A DNA stretch of 64,000 nt from Armatimonadota bacterium. GTDB taxonomy: Bacteria; Armatimonadota; UBA5829; DTLH01. Location of the stretch: the NCBI GenBank assembly GCA_039679675.1, contig JBDKUN010000033.1, forward strand, positions 96,001-160,000, written 5' to 3'. Made by a program: the position numbers and the translations under genes. Positions 18,313 through 29,013 of the stretch are shown here, in pieces (positions within the stretch are counted from its first letter, which is position 1; each line of letters starts with the position of its first letter). The notes under the pieces are model-generated. The model saw only the letters and a program-made list of their open reading frames with translations. It made no database searches and was not told the origin of the DNA.

Positions 18313-18666
18313 ATGTATCGAGGCAGGGAGGGGATGTGGTCCTGGGTCCTGCACCGCGTAGCCGGTGTCGGGATTTTTGTTTTTTTGATAGCCCACATCG
18401 TTGACACTTCCTTTGTCGGGTGGGGATCAACACTGTACGATCACACGGTAAAGAGTCTCTATAGGACCCCGATTGGTAAAATGGGGGAGATCGTACTTAT
18501 CGGAGCCGTATTGTTCCACGCGATAAACGGAATTCGGATTATCGTTATCGACTTTGTACGGAGAGCAACAAGGTTCCAGCGGCAGTTGTTCTATGTCGTA
18601 GCAGCCGTTTTTCTCGCACTTTTTATCCCGGGCGCTCTCTACCTGGCCCGTGCGATATTCAATTAG
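18313..18666 (+). CDS. sdhC: Succinate dehydrogenase cytochrome b556 subunit
   Basis: MYRGREGMWSWVLHRVAG..FHAINGIRI; AGGAG RBS. Confidence 0.9.
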   Translation: MYRGREGMWSWVLHRVAGVGIFVFLIAHIVDTSFVGWGSTLYDHTVKSLYRTPIGKMGEIVLIGAVLFHAINGIRIIVIDFVRRATRFQRQLFYVVAAVFLALFIPGALYLARAIFN

Positions 18667-18678
18667 GAGGCGCTCCCG

Positions 18679-19047
18679 ATGTTGAGAAAAACAACGAAAC
18701 CCAGGGACAACTTCGAGCTTAAAAGCTGGTACTTTATGCGAGTGTCCGGCGCGCTCATTGTGGTCCTGGTGATGATCCACCTTGCCTTCGTTCATTTTGT
18801 CCACGGCGTTGATGAGATCGATACAAAATTTGTTTTGAACAGATGGGCGAACCCCACATGGCGGCTGCTCGACTTTTCGCTCCTGCTTTTAGCGCTGCTG
18901 CATGGCACAAACGGGATGCGTATATTGGTCGACGACTATATCCACGCCAAGGGATGGCGCACGTTCATACTGACCGGGCTTTACACGATGACGCTAGCTC
19001 TTTTGGTGCTCGGCGGGCTCGTTATGCTGACAATACAGCCTCGATAG
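18679..19047 (+). CDS. sdhD: Succinate dehydrogenase membrane anchor subunit
   Basis: WYFMRVSG..HGTNGMRILVDDY. Confidence 0.9.
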   Translation: MLRKTTKPRDNFELKSWYFMRVSGALIVVLVMIHLAFVHFVHGVDEIDTKFVLNRWANPTWRLLDFSLLLLALLHGTNGMRILVDDYIHAKGWRTFILTGLYTMTLALLVLGGLVMLTIQPR

Positions 19048-19056
19048 GAGAGATTT

Positions 19057-20781
19057 ATGTACCACAGGCACGATGCGATAATAGTCGGCGCAGGCGGAGC
19101 GGGGCTTAGGGCGGCCATAGAGCTCTGCGGTAAAGCCGACGTCGCAGTTATAAGCAAACTTTACCCTACAAGGTCACATACAGGCACAGCGCAGGGTGGG
19201 ATAGGCGCAGCGCTCGGAAACCAGGAAGAAGACAATCCTGAGTGGCATGCTTTTGATACCGTCAAGGGGAGCGATTACTTTGGCGATCAGGATGCAATCG
19301 AGCTCATGTGCCGCGAAGCGATAGATGCTGTCTATGATTTGGAGCACATGGGGCTTCCGTTCTCCAGAACTCCCGATGGGAAGATAGCCCAGAGGCGATT
19401 CGGCGGCCATACCAGAAACTTCGGAGAAGGGCTCGTGATGCGGTCCTGCTACGCAGCCGACCGGACGGGCCACATGATCCTCCAGACCCTCTATCAGCAG
19501 TGCATCAAGCACAATGTAAAGTTCTACGATGAGTTCCATGTGCTGGACATCATCGTAAACGACGGCGTCTGCTGCGGGGTAGTGGCCTACGAGCTCGCAA
19601 CCGGAGAACTGCACGTTTTCCACGCTAAAACTGTGCTTTTTGCCACAGGCGGCTGCGGCAAGATGTATAAAGTCACGTCGAACGCACACGCCCTAACGGG
19701 CGACGGCATAGCAATCCCGTTTAGAAAGGGACTTCCGATCGAGGACATGGAGTTCTTCCAGTTCCATCCGACCGGAATCTACAAGATGGGGATTCTCATC
19801 ACAGAGGGTGCGCGCGGCGAAGGCGGGATTCTGATTAACGGCAAGGGCGAGCGGTTTATGGAGAAATACGCTCCTTCCGTCAAAGACCTTGCACCGCGAG
19901 ACGTTATCGCCCGGTCGATTTACCTCGAAATCCGTGAGGGCAGGGGAATCGAAGGAAAAGATTATGTTTATCTGGACCTGACGCACCTAGGGCGAGATGT
20001 AATCGAGAAGAAGCTTCCTGATATTACGGACTTCGTCCGCACGTATTTAGGCATTGACCCGGTAACAAAACCGATCCCGATCCAGCCGACGGCGCACTAT
20101 GCCATGGGCGGTATCCCGACGGATGTAGACGGCTGCGTGCTCATTGATGAGAAAAACACCGTAATGCCGGGGTTCTACGCGGCTGGGGAGTGCGCATGTG
20201 TATCTATTCACGGCGCGAACAGGCTTGGGACGAACTCACTCGTCGATATTCAGGTGTTCGGCAAGCGCGCCGGGAAGCACATGGCTGAGTTTTCAGCAGA
20301 TAACGATTTCAAACCGCTGCCGGAGGACCCTGCGGAGATGTCCAGACGGGAGATCGACCGGCTGAAGACCAATCCCGGCGGCGAATCTGCCGCAAAGATC
20401 AGGGCGGAGCTTCAGGAAGCGATGATGGACAACGCATCGGTCTTCAGGACTGCTGAAACCCTCGGTACGATGAGAAAGAAGCTCGCTGAACTTCAGGAGA
20501 GGTATAAGAATGTGGCTGTCGAGGACAAAGGCACTGTTTATAACACCGAACTGATGGAAGCCTATGAGCTGGGGTACCTTCTCGATCTGGCAGATGCGCT
20601 GCTTGTCTCCGCTGAAGCGAGGACCGAAAGCCGTGGCGCGCACTGCCGGGAGGATTATCTTAAGCGTGACGATGTCAACTGGTTGAAGCATACATTTGCG
20701 TACAAGACCGGCTCAGGGATTCGTCTGGCCTATAAGCCGGTAACTATCACCAAATTCCAGCCAAAAGAGAGAAAATATTAA
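19057..20781 (+). CDS. sdhA: Succinate dehydrogenase flavoprotein subunit
   Basis: [39 protein letters not shown] and [11 protein letters not shown] motifs. Confidence 0.97.
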   Translation: MYHRHDAIIVGAGGAGLRAAIELCGKADVAVISKLYPTRSHTGTAQGGIGAALGNQEEDNPEWHAFDTVKGSDYFGDQDAIELMCREAIDAVYDLEHMGLPFSRTPDGKIAQRRFGGHTRNFGEGLVMRSCYAADRTGHMILQTLYQQCIKHNVKFYDEFHVLDIIVNDGVCCGVVAYELATGELHVFHAKTVLFATGGCGKMYKVTSNAHALTGDGIAIPFRKGLPIEDMEFFQFHPTGIYKMGILITEGARGEGGILINGKGERFMEKYAPSVKDLAPRDVIARSIYLEIREGRGIEGKDYVYLDLTHLGRDVIEKKLPDITDFVRTYLGIDPVTKPIPIQPTAHYAMGGIPTDVDGCVLIDEKNTVMPGFYAAGECACVSIHGANRLGTNSLVDIQVFGKRAGKHMAEFSADNDFKPLPEDPAEMSRREIDRLKTNPGGESAAKIRAELQEAMMDNASVFRTAETLGTMRKKLAELQERYKNVAVEDKGTVYNTELMEAYELGYLLDLADALLVSAEARTESRGAHCREDYLKRDDVNWLKHTFAYKTGSGIRLAYKPVTITKFQPKERKY

Positions 20782-20791
20782 AGGTGCGACT

Positions 20792-21490
20792 ATGCAGGTA
20801 ACGCTTAAGATAAAGAGATACGATCCCGAAAGGGATAAAAAACCGGTATTCAAGGAATATACGGTTGAAGTAGAGCCGACGGATCGTGTGCTGGACGCTA
20901 TGAACAAGGTGAAATGGTACCAGGATGGCACGCTTTCCTATCGCAGGTCGTGTGCTCATGGCATCTGCGGTTCTGACGCTATGATCATAAACGGAGTAAA
21001 CCGGCTCGCGTGTAAAACACTCATTCAGGATGTAGGTAAGCACATCACACTTGAGCCGCTGGCCGGTTTCAAGGTGCTGAAGGACCTAATCGTCGATATG
21101 GAGCCGTTCTTCGCCCAATACAGGGCTGTAATGCCGTATCTGATCAACCACGATGCGACACCGATCAAAGAGAGATTGCAGAGCCCGGAAGAACGAGAGG
21201 TTTTCGACGATACCACAAAATGCATTTTGTGCGCTTCATGCACAACCTCATGCCCGATCTACTGGGCAAATCCGAGCTACGTCGGGCCTGCGGCAATAGT
21301 GAACGCTCACAGGTTCATATTCGACAGCCGAGACCAGGGCTCGTCCGAGCGGCTGGATATTTTGAACAACCGTTCAGGAGTCTGGCGCTGCCGGACTATC
21401 TTCAACTGCACAGAAGCCTGTCCGAGAGAGATAGAAGTCACTCGCGCGATAGAAGATGTCAAACGGGCGATACTCTACGGAGAGGTATGA
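20792..21490 (+). CDS. sdhB: Succinate dehydrogenase iron-sulfur subunit
   Basis: SCAHGICGSD, CILCASCTTSCP and CRTIFNCTEACP motifs. Confidence 0.97.
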   Translation: MQVTLKIKRYDPERDKKPVFKEYTVEVEPTDRVLDAMNKVKWYQDGTLSYRRSCAHGICGSDAMIINGVNRLACKTLIQDVGKHITLEPLAGFKVLKDLIVDMEPFFAQYRAVMPYLINHDATPIKERLQSPEEREVFDDTTKCILCASCTTSCPIYWANPSYVGPAAIVNAHRFIFDSRDQGSSERLDILNNRSGVWRCRTIFNCTEACPREIEVTRAIEDVKRAILYGEV

Positions 21491-21492
21491 AA

Positions 21493-21530
21493 TAATGCTG
21501 GCAGCTGCTTCTTACAGTTGCCAGCATTAT
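21493..21530. terminator. Stem-loop after sdhB (probable terminator)
   Basis: ATAATGCTGGCAGCTG..CAGTTGCCAGCATTAT inverted repeat. Confidence 0.6.
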
Positions 21531-21583
21531 AAATGCACCACAGCTCCACCAAATCTTAATGGCTACAGAGGGACTTATAGCCT

Positions 21584-23236
21584 ATGAAGGCGCTTTTGTA
21601 CCTGTATTCAAAACAGATCAAGAACAGCATCCTGAGTATCTTCAGATCAGCTAAAAAACTGCTGGCAGTCATATTTATCTTTAGCTTTATATTCATGAAC
21701 ATCGGTGTGAGTGCTATGGTCAGAGGCAGTAAATACGGAGGCCCGCCTGTTCGATTTATGCCGATGACTGCTGATACTGTATGGTCAGGGGTCTTTCTTA
21801 TCATTGTTGTATTCCTGGCGAGAAGCATATTTGCTTCTTTTAAGGAGGGTCTGCTTATCTTTTCCCCGTCGCACGTCGATTATTTGTTTCCGAGTCCCAT
21901 CAGCAGGCGGAGTGTTCTTACATTCAAGCTGCTCGGTGACTACATAATGAGTTTTGCTTGTATCTGCCTTATAGCATTCTTTTTCGGGGCGAGTTTATAT
22001 ATGCAGATGAGGCAGCCGATGTTTCCCTCTATCTGGTATGCTATTACTGCAATCTGGTTCCTATTTATCTTCATAGCGAACCTGAGTCACATTTTGAGGC
22101 TTATTACATCGGTCAGTTCTGACAGGTTTACCGCTGCAAGGACTGCTGTGAAGAGCATCTTTATCCTGATTGCAGCCGGTATACTTGTTATAGCTGGAAT
22201 TCATTATTTGAACTCCGGTAATATGCTCGCCAGCCTGTCAAATGCAGCGCGGTCGGAAGTAAGTAAAACAATATTTGCTCCTATTGCCTGGTGTGTGAAT
22301 GTGGTAGTTGGACCGATGTTCGGGGTGGACTACGGGTCTATAGGAGGTCAGGTAATGTGGCTTGGGATGCTGGCATTGGGGTCTTTTGCTGTGCTGGTTG
22401 GATATACCGGCAAGTTCTATGAGCCGTCACTTGCGATCAGTTCAAGGTCAGCACGGATCAGAGAGGCAGCAAAAGGCGGAAACTTTGCAGCAGTCAGGAT
22501 AGAAGCCGTAAAAGGCAAGGTGAAGGATAAAGGCTGCAGGACTCTTTTGCCGCCATTCGGACGAGGCGCAGGCGCATTGATCTGGAAGATCCTTATCATA
22601 AAGCTTCGGAGTAACGGCTGGTGGCTGGTGTTGTTCCTTATTGCACCTCCGGTTGCAGCCGCATTGGCGGTTGCTTTCATCAAAACTGATAATATTTCTA
22701 AATACTTGCCATTTGTGATTCCTTATGCAACTTTGTTGATTGCAGTCAACCCGGGGATGCAAGGGCAGCGAAATGAACTGAAGCAAGTTGAGATCATCAA
22801 GACTATTCCTGATACTCCTTACAAAATTGTGACTTGTCTTGTGTTCACGCAATGGCTTTTTGCCGTGCTCTTCACGTTAATCTGCGCTGTGTCTGGAGGA
22901 GTCATAATTACAGCTGTCGACTATTATCTGTTGTGGTTGACTACAATAGCAACAATTACCGGATCATTTGCCTTTATATCTGGCGGCGCTATCTTGGCAT
23001 TTCTATATCCGAACACGCGCGATAAATTGTCTATGACAATCCCCGGATGTCTAACCTTTTTTATGATAATGCTCCTTATGGTTCCGTCAATTATTATAGG
23101 TGTTATTGCAGTTACTACAAGGTGCAGTCTTTTCTGGAGCGGGTTTTTCTTGATAGTGATTAATGGCCTTGTCGGTTTGTTAGCGCTGCACATTGCCGGA
23201 CTGGCGCTCAAGAACGCTGATCCGAACGAGGCTTGA
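21584..23236 (+). CDS. Putative ABC exporter permease
   Basis: About 12 TM helices; DYLFPSPISRRSV motif; adjacent ABC ATPase. Confidence 0.8.
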   Translation: MKALLYLYSKQIKNSILSIFRSAKKLLAVIFIFSFIFMNIGVSAMVRGSKYGGPPVRFMPMTADTVWSGVFLIIVVFLARSIFASFKEGLLIFSPSHVDYLFPSPISRRSVLTFKLLGDYIMSFACICLIAFFFGASLYMQMRQPMFPSIWYAITAIWFLFIFIANLSHILRLITSVSSDRFTAARTAVKSIFILIAAGILVIAGIHYLNSGNMLASLSNAARSEVSKTIFAPIAWCVNVVVGPMFGVDYGSIGGQVMWLGMLALGSFAVLVGYTGKFYEPSLAISSRSARIREAAKGGNFAAVRIEAVKGKVKDKGCRTLLPPFGRGAGALIWKILIIKLRSNGWWLVLFLIAPPVAAALAVAFIKTDNISKYLPFVIPYATLLIAVNPGMQGQRNELKQVEIIKTIPDTPYKIVTCLVFTQWLFAVLFTLICAVSGGVIITAVDYYLLWLTTIATITGSFAFISGGAILAFLYPNTRDKLSMTIPGCLTFFMIMLLMVPSIIIGVIAVTTRCSLFWSGFFLIVINGLVGLLALHIAGLALKNADPNEA

Positions 23237-23260
23237 TGAATATTACAGTGGGAGGTCCGA

Positions 23261-23989
23261 ATGTTATCCGTAAGGAAACTGACAAAATGGTATAAGACAA
23301 CTCAGGCTCTTGAGGATGTCAGCTTTTCTGTAGCCGACGGTGAGATAGTAGGGCTGCTCGGCCCGAACGGAGCTGGAAAGACCACTACACTCCGCTGCAT
23401 TACCGGAATTGTGGAGCCCAACAGAGGCGAAGTTGAAGTGGACGGCTTTCTGCTTAATGTAAATGAGCAGGAAGTGAAACGCAGGCTCGCATTTGTCCCG
23501 GAAGTGCCGAACCCTTATGATTTACTCACTGTTATGGAGCAAATTCGGTTTGTCGCTATGGCTTATAACACTACAGAGGCGTTCGAAGCAAGGAGCGAGG
23601 CACTTCTCAAGAGGTTCGATCTTTATGACAAGAAAGACGACCTTGTGCTTGGACTGTCGAAAGGGATGAAACAGAAACTTGCGGTTGTTTGCGCGTTCAT
23701 CCATGATGCAAAAACGATTCTTTTCGATGAACCTCTTATCGGGATCGACCCACGTGGCGCTCATGAGCTGAAAGAGATGATTCTTGAAGCCCGGTCAAAT
23801 GGCTGCTCTATTCTCATCAGTACTCATATGTTGGACACAGCCGAGCGGCTGTGCGACAGGATTATAATCCTCAGAGAAGGCCAAAAGGTTGCCGAAGGAA
23901 GCCTGACGGAACTGCATGAACGTGCAAAGATGGGGCAGGATGCTTCGCTGGAAGATGTATTTCTCAGCTTGACGGAAGCTGATACTTGA
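23261..23989 (+). CDS. ABC transporter ATP-binding protein
   Basis: GPNGAGKTT, LSKGMKQK, LFDEP and STH motifs. Confidence 0.95.
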   Translation: MLSVRKLTKWYKTTQALEDVSFSVADGEIVGLLGPNGAGKTTTLRCITGIVEPNRGEVEVDGFLLNVNEQEVKRRLAFVPEVPNPYDLLTVMEQIRFVAMAYNTTEAFEARSEALLKRFDLYDKKDDLVLGLSKGMKQKLAVVCAFIHDAKTILFDEPLIGIDPRGAHELKEMILEARSNGCSILISTHMLDTAERLCDRIIILREGQKVAEGSLTELHERAKMGQDASLEDVFLSLTEADT

Positions 23990-24089
23990 ATCGTATTTAT
24001 TAACGGATGATAAAACCCAGTATTTAGCATCCTGAAGTTTATATGCCCTCCTGCCGAGAATATTTAATGGCATTTTCCACAGGAGGGTC

Positions 24090-24707
24090 TTGATGAGAAA
24101 TATTCTGCTCCTAGCTGCAATTCTTGGTGTGTGTACAGCCGCAGCGTATGCACAAAACCCGAATTGTGCCTTGACATCCGGCTTAACTTCGGTTGCAAGC
24201 GAACTAAACGGCAATACGTTCACCTGGACGATTATGAACAACACCGGCCCGAATGATGGGAATCCTGACTGGGATGTGCTTGTGTGGGAATTCGAACCTA
24301 TCGGCCTGCCCGATCCAATAGAGGTAACAGCGCCTGATGGTTGGGAATGGAAAACAAACGGACACAGCAAGTTCCAGATCATAGACCAGAGTAAAAAATA
24401 CAAATCGACAGCGGCGATTACTCCCGGAAACTCTCTGGAATTTAAGTATACTGTCGATTCAGCCGAGTTGGGCAGCATAGACCAGTCGAATGTATCTTTT
24501 CTGACGCACGTTGCGGCAGTAAAACCGACCCCAACCGTTAAAGTAGGCAAGCTGGAATGGACGCCGACTACTGTCAACGGTTCACCCACCTGGCACGACA
24601 AGTCGAGTACTCCTGAGCCTGAAGCGATATTGCCGTTTCTTCTAGCCTGCAGCGCTATTACAGGCATCGTAAAATCAGGCCGCCGCAGACGCTTGCCTGA
24701 TCGATAG
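24090..24707 (+). CDS. PEP-CTERM sorting domain protein
   Basis: Signal peptide; C-terminal TPEP, hydrophobic helix and RRRR. Confidence 0.75.
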   Translation: MMRNILLLAAILGVCTAAAYAQNPNCALTSGLTSVASELNGNTFTWTIMNNTGPNDGNPDWDVLVWEFEPIGLPDPIEVTAPDGWEWKTNGHSKFQIIDQSKKYKSTAAITPGNSLEFKYTVDSAELGSIDQSNVSFLTHVAAVKPTPTVKVGKLEWTPTTVNGSPTWHDKSSTPEPEAILPFLLACSAITGIVKSGRRRRLPDR

Positions 24708-24755
24708 CCTCGTGCTATACTGCACCTGCTTCATACTATAGCGGGCAGGCGCAGC

Positions 24756-25229
24756 ATGGCTGTTATCTACACCATCGGGCACAGCAACGTGCCGGTGCAA
24801 AAGTTGATCGATCTTCTGATGGGCCACGGCATCGAAGTGGTTGTCGATGTTCGGAGCGAGCCCTACAGCAAGTACGCCTCGCAGTTCAATAAGCGTGAAA
24901 TCGAGCCTGAGCTTCGTGAAAACGGGTTCGATTATATCTACCTCGGCAACAAACTCGGCGGAAAACCCAAAAGCCCCGGATTTTTGACTCCAGGCGGCGT
25001 CCCGGATTACGAGAAAATGGCTGAATCACCTCTCTTTAAGGCCGGTATCGAAGAAGTAGAACAGCTTGCCGGAGAGAAGAAGACCTCGTTGATGTGCTCT
25101 GAGGCTGATCCGAAGTCCTGCCACCGCGACAGGCTCCTTGCCTGGGTTTTGAGAGGCCGCGGGCATACTGTAAGCCACATTTTACACGACGGCTCCATCG
25201 CCACCGATGAACAGGGCGTGCTGTTGTAA
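24756..25229 (+). CDS. DUF488 family protein
   Basis: IYTIGHSN, VDVRSEPYS, LGG and MCSEADPKSCHR motifs. Confidence 0.9.
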   Translation: MAVIYTIGHSNVPVQKLIDLLMGHGIEVVVDVRSEPYSKYASQFNKREIEPELRENGFDYIYLGNKLGGKPKSPGFLTPGGVPDYEKMAESPLFKAGIEEVEQLAGEKKTSLMCSEADPKSCHRDRLLAWVLRGRGHTVSHILHDGSIATDEQGVLL

Positions 25230-25242
25230 TGGTAATGAAGCG

Positions 25243-27933
25243 ATGAGTCTCAGTATCTCCAATGACAGGCTCATGCAGCTTCCGCCAAGGCTGCGGTTGC
25301 GTATCCTTAATTTCTTCCTCCGCTGGCATCGATATGATGAAGCGCTTCCGGTTGCATCACGGCTTGCAGAAGAACAGGCAGACGGGCTGCTCTACCGCTC
25401 AGCGCTTGTCAAAGTCCTGGCGGGGCTCGGCAGGCTGGAAGAAGCTGAGATAGTTGCCTCTGATCTCATCGACAAGTATCCGCACCGCCCGAATGCGCTC
25501 GCGGCGGCGGGTGACCTCGAAATGGCTAAAGGTGACCTTCCGGCAGCTCTAAAATACTATCTCGAAATGCTGAAGACGAATGCAAAGAGCCCGAAAGCAT
25601 GGAGAAGGCTCGGAATGCTGTATCTGGCTGCCGGACAGCCTCAAAAAGCGCATTTTTATTGCCGTAAAATGCTCGATTTCTACAGTGAAAAGCAGAACGG
25701 CGACAATGACGAACATCAGATTCCGCCTGATGGCCTACGGACACTCGCACAGGTCCACCGGCAGAAGGGTGATGATGCTCTGGCAGCGGAAATAGAGTCG
25801 AAACTGGCTCAGCGTGAGAAAGATGAAGAAGAAAAGCTGAGGATGGATATTGAAGCCGCGCCAAGTTCTTCTTCGAAAAATGCAAAATCAGCAAAGAGTC
25901 AGAAGTTACCAGATCCAAAACCGTTTATTCATCCTGAAATCACACGCGAAATCACTGAACCGAGGATGGAGAGACCCATTCCGCCGAAACCGCAGCTTCC
26001 CGATAGTGCCATCGGCTGTCTGAAGGCTGTATTCGGACATGACCAGTTCCGTTCCGGGCAGGAGGAAGTCGTCGCCCGGATGCTCTCCGGCCAGGATATA
26101 CTCGCTGTGATGCCGACGGGTGCTGGAAAATCGCTCTGCTACCAGCTTCCGGCTGCTTTGGGAAAGAAAGTAGTCGTCATTTCTCCGCTGATCGCGCTTA
26201 TGAAGGACCAAATAGACGGCCTGCCGCCTGAACTGGCCTCCCGCGCCATATTTGTCGACAGCTCGCTCGAAAGCCATGAAATAAAACGGCGGTTGGCTGA
26301 GATAGCGAGAGGTAAATATAATCTCATATATGCCGCACCTGAGCGGCTTCGCCAAATGCCTTTCCTTCATGCGTTGAAGAAGTGCGGCATCGGCATTCTT
26401 GTGGTTGATGAGGTCCACTGCATCAGCATCTGGGGGCATGACTTCAGGCCGGACTATTTGTTCATCTCGCAGGCGCTCGGCATGATAGGAAACCTGTCAT
26501 TTTGCGGTATGACGGCGACCGCTGACACCGATATGAGGACCGAGATCGAGATTAGGATCGGAAAGCCTCTGGTCACAGTCAATGTGGGTGTCCATCGTCC
26601 CAATTTAGTGTTCGAAGTAAGAAAAACATCCAATAGCAGCGATAAGCTGAGGAGCCTCGCAAGGTTCTGCCAGGAGGAAAAGGGCAGCGGGATTATTTAT
26701 ACCAACTCGCGGAAGAAAACAGAGGAAATAGCAGCGTATCTGTGCGATGCAGGAATGCAGGCCGGATATTACCACGCTGGGATGAGGAAAGAAGAACGCG
26801 CATATGCGCAGGACTCGTTTATGTGCGGACACTACCGGGTGATGGCAGCGACGGTCGCGTTCGGTATGGGTATCGACAAGCGGGATGTCCGGTTTGTGGT
26901 GCATTACTCGCTTCCGAAATCGCTGGAGAACTACTATCAGGAGGCTGGCCGTGCGGGCAGGGACGGACTGCCTGCGAGATGCATTTTGCTCTATTCGCCC
27001 GGCGACAAGGGACGGCTGACAACCTGGATGAAAGAGTCGCTTATAAGGCTCCAGGACCTGAAAGCTGTCTATGAATCGATAAAGCTCCTTTCAGCCGGTG
27101 GAGTAGGGTTGGTACATGACGACGACCTACAGCGGGAATCGGGGCTCGATGAGACGGCTGTGCGTGTTGCGATAAGCCTTTTGGAGCGGGCGGGGCTCAT
27201 TAAACGGCACATGGATGTCCCTGTTACAGTCACAGTCAATATTAAATCCATCGAAAAAGCACCGGAAGATGTTATTGCCTTTGTGAAGTCGGCAAGGCTC
27301 AGGGTGGGGCAGAGGATGCAGCTCGATATACGGGAGCTTTCGGCTCGGACAGGCATCCCGGTTTATGAGATCGAGCCATTACTTCTTGAATGGCGCGATG
27401 GAGGTTGGCTCGCTTATAGCAGTTCCGGGCGGACGATGTGCATCGAACGCTGCAGAGTGGGGCCAGGTGCGAGAAAACTGCTGGATGAGATGATAGAGAG
27501 CTCAATTGATACTGCGAAGACGAAGATCGGGCAGTTGGCGGTGTATGTAAAACACACCGGGTGCAGGCATGGTTTCATTTCGCAGCATTTCGGGGATGAA
27601 CCTGTGGCCGGATGCCGTTCCTGTGACAACTGTCTCCAGACAGCCTCAAAAGAGCAACTGACCGACGACCACCTACTGATATTGAAAGCAGTAATGGACC
27701 TTCCTGTATTGTTGAACAAAAAGGGGCTTCTAAACGCGCTCGAAGGGGCCAAAGGTTGCCCGATACAGTCTCATGAATGGCCGCATCTCGGCGTATTCAG
27801 AGGGAGAAGCCGGGATGCAATCGAGCAGATGATAAACGAACTCACGGACTGGGGCTATTTGGAACGCGGCGGGACATTCATCCGCCCGTATTTAGCCATG
27901 ACACTCTCAGGACGGAAGTTAGTGGTCCCGTAA
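25243..27933 (+). CDS. RecQ-family ATP-dependent DNA helicase with N-terminal TPR domain
   Basis: MPTGAGKSLCYQLP, VDEVHCISIWGHDFRPDY, TATA, AFGMGIDK and YYQEAGRAGRDG motifs; Zn CR..C..CDNC; TPRs in the first ~190 aa. Confidence 0.9.
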   Translation: MSLSISNDRLMQLPPRLRLRILNFFLRWHRYDEALPVASRLAEEQADGLLYRSALVKVLAGLGRLEEAEIVASDLIDKYPHRPNALAAAGDLEMAKGDLPAALKYYLEMLKTNAKSPKAWRRLGMLYLAAGQPQKAHFYCRKMLDFYSEKQNGDNDEHQIPPDGLRTLAQVHRQKGDDALAAEIESKLAQREKDEEEKLRMDIEAAPSSSSKNAKSAKSQKLPDPKPFIHPEITREITEPRMERPIPPKPQLPDSAIGCLKAVFGHDQFRSGQEEVVARMLSGQDILAVMPTGAGKSLCYQLPAALGKKVVVISPLIALMKDQIDGLPPELASRAIFVDSSLESHEIKRRLAEIARGKYNLIYAAPERLRQMPFLHALKKCGIGILVVDEVHCISIWGHDFRPDYLFISQALGMIGNLSFCGMTATADTDMRTEIEIRIGKPLVTVNVGVHRPNLVFEVRKTSNSSDKLRSLARFCQEEKGSGIIYTNSRKKTEEIAAYLCDAGMQAGYYHAGMRKEERAYAQDSFMCGHYRVMAATVAFGMGIDKRDVRFVVHYSLPKSLENYYQEAGRAGRDGLPARCILLYSPGDKGRLTTWMKESLIRLQDLKAVYESIKLLSAGGVGLVHDDDLQRESGLDETAVRVAISLLERAGLIKRHMDVPVTVTVNIKSIEKAPEDVIAFVKSARLRVGQRMQLDIRELSARTGIPVYEIEPLLLEWRDGGWLAYSSSGRTMCIERCRVGPGARKLLDEMIESSIDTAKTKIGQLAVYVKHTGCRHGFISQHFGDEPVAGCRSCDNCLQTASKEQLTDDHLLILKAVMDLPVLLNKKGLLNALEGAKGCPIQSHEWPHLGVFRGRSRDAIEQMINELTDWGYLERGGTFIRPYLAMTLSGRKLVVP

Positions 27934-28743
27934 AGCCATAACCGCAGCCATCCTGCCGGTGGAACCATCGCGGCGGTAGCTGAAGAAATCTTCTGCTTCG
28001 CAGGCGGTGCAAAGCTCTGAAACGGCGATATTGGCTTCCGGGATGCCGGACTTTCTTAGAATGAACCAGTTTGCGAGTTTTAGATCGAGCCGCATTTTGT
28101 CCTGGCAGGCCCTTGCGATTATCCTGTCGTCTCCGGCGGCGGTGAAAACTGCTTCGGCAACATCGGGGGATACATCATAGCAGCATCGCCCGATGGATGG
28201 GCCAATCGCCGCAAGGCATTCGCTCGGATTTGTCCCGAACTCCTGCTGCATAGCTTCAACAGTCTTTAGCGCAATGGAGAGCGCAGTCCCTTTCCAGCCG
28301 GCATGCGCAAGCCCAATGGCTTTTCTTATGGGGTCGAGAATGAACACCGGGACGCAGTCAGCGAAAAAGAGCGACAATACCGGACCGGGCGCATTCGTAA
28401 TAAGCGCATCGGTATTTGGAATGGAATCTTCGAATTTGGTCGCGCCTCGGCTGGCATCTTCAGCTTTGACGACCGCAACTTCTGATCTGTGAACTTGCTC
28501 GGCGCAGACAATAGCCGCTGGGTCGAGCTTGAGTGATGAACATAACCGCCGCCGGTTTTCGAGCACGGATGCCGCGTCATCCCCTACATGAAGCGCCATA
28601 TTTAGCGAATCCCTGGGCGGTGCGCTGACCCCACCATACCGTGTAGTGAAACAGTGGGCGACAAGCTCCGTCTGCTCTATATTCCACGCTTTATGAACTA
28701 CGATCTCACCGCTTACTGATCTATGCCAACTTCTGATGTCCAA
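27919..28743 (-). CDS. pgeF: Peptidoglycan editing factor PgeF / YfiH family
   Basis: FTTRYGGVS, QVH, ADCVP, HAGWKG, IGPSIGRCCY and FFSYRR motifs. Confidence 0.9.
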   Translation of the reverse strand: MDIRSWHRSVSGEIVVHKAWNIEQTELVAHCFTTRYGGVSAPPRDSLNMALHVGDDAASVLENRRRLCSSLKLDPAAIVCAEQVHRSEVAVVKAEDASRGATKFEDSIPNTDALITNAPGPVLSLFFADCVPVFILDPIRKAIGLAHAGWKGTALSIALKTVEAMQQEFGTNPSECLAAIGPSIGRCCYDVSPDVAEAVFTAAGDDRIIARACQDKMRLDLKLANWFILRKSGIPEANIAVSELCTACEAEDFFSYRRDGSTGRMAAVMALRDH

Positions 28744-29013
28744 TTCTGACTCCTGAACAATAGATTTTCGGCTGATTAGTTAACGGCAAACCGCATATTG
28801 TCTGTTGCCGAAAATCTTCCGGGAAGAGTTTCAGGTATAAGTGTAAAATCAACAGATAAAGCTACATCAGAGAAATATTTATATAACTGTAAGGCTGTTA
28901 CTTTATCTCCTGAAACTCTGTAACTAGACCGGATGCAGCAACAACACTGGAGTGCGCCGTAAAAATAGCCGCGCATATCAAACTACAGGTTTGAATTGGG
29001 CGCAGATATAACC

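Noticed and set aside
23795..24667. Long antisense ORFs (also 39046-39717, 60081-60683, 62064-62759, 11141-11773)
   Set aside because: These are shadows of well-supported genes on the opposite strand and have no recognisable motifs.
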